Assembly: GCA_964304625.1 (NCBI GenBank)
Contig: OZ199839.1
Coordinates: forward strand, 1,154,180 to 1,218,179
Reading direction: 5' to 3'
Origin: Kudoa neothunni
Lineage: Eukaryota > Animalia > Cnidaria
Length of the DNA stretch: 64,000 bases
The notes under the pieces were generated by a model. It did no database searches. It saw nothing but the letters and a program-made list of their open reading frames with translations, and had not been told where the DNA came from. A program made the position numbers and the translations under genes. Positions 60,946 through 64,000 of the stretch are shown piece by piece (within the stretch, counting starts at the first letter, position 1; the number at the start of each line of letters is the position of its first letter).

Positions 60946-62712
60946 ATGGTACCACCAAATCTCTATTAAGCTTGTTTACAACGGGAATTTTAGCACTCAA
61001 ATCAATTCTCACAATCAATCGATAACGCTAAAGGCGTTGATGGTCCGCCAGATTCTACTGCTTGTCAATTCATTGAAACAGAACCACCTGTGGAGAATGA
61101 GGAGGAAAAATTGGTTGTGGGCGGAAACTCTGATCCCTCACATCAATTGATGGGCTCCAAATTGGAAAATACTATTCCAGTCGAATGTGAGCAGGACTCC
61201 AAGGTAGAGTTGCTTCCCGCTAACGTTAACTCTCAAGAACCACCGATTCAAGAGCAACAAGCAACTCATCGAAAAATACTTCATAAAAAGAACCGTTCAA
61301 GTGTTGGCGCCGCATTCGATTCAGTAAAACCTCACTCTAACTTTTGGATAGATTCCCAATCCAACCACCTTCATCTTCATATAACATTTAACATGTAACA
61401 TATAATAGGGTAGGAAAATTATCGGAGATGGGGCTAGGAGAGTGTACAAATTTTGCTGTTTTGTCATATCTACAGGTATTTGTGTAATAATTGCTGTCTC
61501 TATTATTACTACGTATGTGTGTTCAGGACAACAACTTATCAACTATAAAGATCTCCCCAAATGGCTACAAGATAATGATTTTATTCGATATTTTTATCGT
61601 CCCGAATTGAAATCGTTTAAATTATGTTTCAAATCTGTGTTTAGGTAATATTTTGGTTGTTAACCCACTAATCCAACCTTTGAATCCCTCTCTGATTATT
61701 TTAATCCATTACACTAATATTTACATAACATTAATAATAACATCATCCCACCACATAGTCTTCACTCGGAAACCGGCAATATATGGACTCATATTATTGG
61801 AGTCTTGGTGATGATGATTTTCGGCTTGGTTATTATGTTACGACCTTCGTTCAGCTCCACCGGCTATCCCCACTATCCGAAGGGCGTTCTGGAATATATG
61901 TTGTTTGCGATTTTTTTTATTTGTGCATGCACGTGTATGACATTCTCATGGCTGTTTCACACGTTGAGTTGTCATTCCGAGAAAGTACACACGCTTTTCG
62001 CCAAGTACTTACACAAACACATACTCCCCATTGAAATTATATAATTATCTATCGTATTTTCAATCCTGATTATTGTTCTCACAATAGAATGGACTATATG
62101 GGAATTTCTCTACTTATCACCGGCAGCTCTATTCCTGTTATATATTTTGGATTCTTTTGTTCGAAGTTTCTGTTCTACCTCTATCTGGGGATTATCCTTG
62201 GATTGTGTATCTTTTCAATTTTGGTTTCATTTTTGAAAGTATTCGCCACTCCCAAACTAAGACCTGTAAGAGCGGGTATTATTTTTAGTTTGTATTGTGT
62301 ATGGGGTTTCTAATGAATTTTTTTTGGCTAGCTGTGTTTCTTACCTTTGGCCTCAGCAATATTATACCCATTATCCTCGTTGGAGTGTTACGTGGCTACG
62401 AATATACGCGTGATGCCATAGCCTTGTATTATTTGGTTTCTATGGGTACCTTGTATGTGTCCGGGGCACTTTTTGTACTCTATGCGTATCCCCGAGAGAC
62501 TCGCTCCCGGGAAAATAACCCTGTTTGTAATTTATTGTGGGTTGTAGGTGAGTTGTTCTAATTTGATTAATCTCCAGTTCCAAAGCCATCAAATTTTCCA
62601 TGTGCTAGTTGTTATAGCTGCAGTGGTTCATGCCTTCGCTATTTGTAAAATGGCTCATTATCGAGTTGGCATTGAAGGTGATCCCTGCCTTAAAATAAAC
62701 CAGCTCATTTAA
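60946..62712 (+). CDS. ADIPOR: Adiponectin receptor (class I PAQR), multi-exon; start tentative
   Basis: LPKWLQDNDF..RPELKSFKLCFKSVF, LHSETGNIWTH, SWLFHTLSCHSEKV, DYMGISLLITGS, (after one base correction) MRIPERLAPGK and FQSHQIFHVLVV. The zinc-binding His residues are conserved. Confidence 0.92.
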
Positions 62713-62954
62713 GGTTCAATGGATTATAGAAGATAGTCAAATACGACGATATAATTGATATGTTTATTTCATATTTCATAAGCTCTTTTTTTTAATTTTT
62801 TATGAACATGTTTTATTCTTTGAGCGCCGAATTCTAATGTCTAAAATTATATATTGATGCATGTAATAAACTTCAAACACTTTTATCCAGCCCAATGATG
62901 AGCTAAATGCGGCCAAAGAAACTTTTTATCAAATTTATTTTTTAATATGTATTA

Positions 62955-63700
62955 CAGTGTGGCACCGATTTCACGTAATCCCCTCGAGACCAAGAGAAAA
63001 AGTGCGTAAAATCGGTCACGTTCAGGGCTTCCAAATGAGACTATCAGAGAAAAAACAATAGTATTATTAAAAAAACAAAATTTTTTATTTTTAATGCATT
63101 TTCTAATTACTGCCGTCAATTTGAATCATCTTAATTATCTTCACAACCCTCGGTTAAGAGTTAAGAAGCGTGACCTATTTTTCAAGCAAACAAGGTATCG
63201 TTGATGTAAGCAGCACCGTTGCTTACATCATGTATTAGTTTTATTTGTTGGATTCGTCGTCAAACACGTATTATTATTATTATTTCTTCTGATCAACTGC
63301 TTTTCTCATTAATGAATAAATTCGTTCAATATTTTGCAGTAGCTGGAATTTCTGACCTTAACATCTTGATCAAGCCAATATTCAAAACCTAGTTTTAATC
63401 AATCTTGGTTGGAGCATATATTATCCCACGCTCTTTTTTGAGCTCAGTTTGAAATTTCACGCATACGTTAAAATAATATATGCCAATAACTTCAAAATAT
63501 GTTATTAAAAAAACTAGAAAATTTAAAGACGGCGTTGAAACATCCAAATACAATCACAGAATAATAAGAACAACTGATTAAATAACTATTGTCCACAGGT
63601 TGGAAAACAACGCGTTGCTGACGACCGTGATATCGTTCTAAAATTTCGAATAATTTTAAGAATAATTTTAATTATCTCCATTATTAAAACATTAAATATG
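62955..63700 (-). mobile_element. Probable pogo/Tc-like transposon end
   Basis: ta|cagtgtggcaccgatttcacg terminus with an internal inverted copy (cgtaaaatcgg). Minus-strand remnants RAWDNI and LDVSTPSL. Confidence 0.35.
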
Positions 63701-64000
63701 ATTATTCTACTTAATTCTAAAACTTATCATTTATAAACTGATCTCAAAGAATTAAATAATCTAAAAGTTTTTTAAATAAACAAAAAAACTCAAAATTTGG
63801 TAAAAAGTGAAAAAACCCAAGGTTTGGGTTTGGACGCCCTGCTCACGTCCAATTTCATGCACTTGCGTGCGCGATTATTTCAGAAAAAATTGACGTTTAA
63901 TATTGATTAAATTGCGTTTATAAAGGCTAATTAACTATATATTAATTTTTAAACGATAATTAAAATTCGAGAAACGTGTTAACAGCACAAAAATATTTTG

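Noticed and set aside
63810-63835. ggtttgggtttgg as a telomeric repeat
   Set aside because: Only two units, internal.

Overview
AT-rich eukaryotic (animal) genomic DNA with short, mostly 40-100 nt GT-AG introns and very divergent proteins. This fits a fast-evolving parasite such as a myxozoan cnidarian, but that is inference and not provable here. Manual splicing gives 12 genes. CDK7 (5' part) is on the minus strand. Eleven consecutive plus-strand genes follow: an unknown gene with a polybasic/Cys tail, a WDR5-like WD40 protein, an intronless PKN, a BRD8 homologue, EHBP1-like (NT-C2/CH/bMERB), two four-TM orphan genes, MELK, a secreted five-Kunitz protein, an orphan type I membrane glycoprotein and AdipoR. 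Intergenic DNA is full of decayed transposons: two piggyBac, two copies of one pogo/Tigger element, Buster/hAT MITEs, LINE and Gypsy fragments, and a probable SINE. The most notable observations are: (i) apparent loss of ligand pockets in two chromatin readers (BRD8 bromodomain, WDR5 WIN site); (ii) five symmetric phase-1 small exons in the extracellular loop of a claudin-like gene; (iii) a Kunitz array with mostly non-canonical disulfide patterns; (iv) an intron-free PKN CDS; and (v) strong gene co-orientation. Recurrent +1 homopolymer frameshifts are most likely long-read assembly errors. All exon models and alignments were made by eye, with reference proteins recalled from memory.
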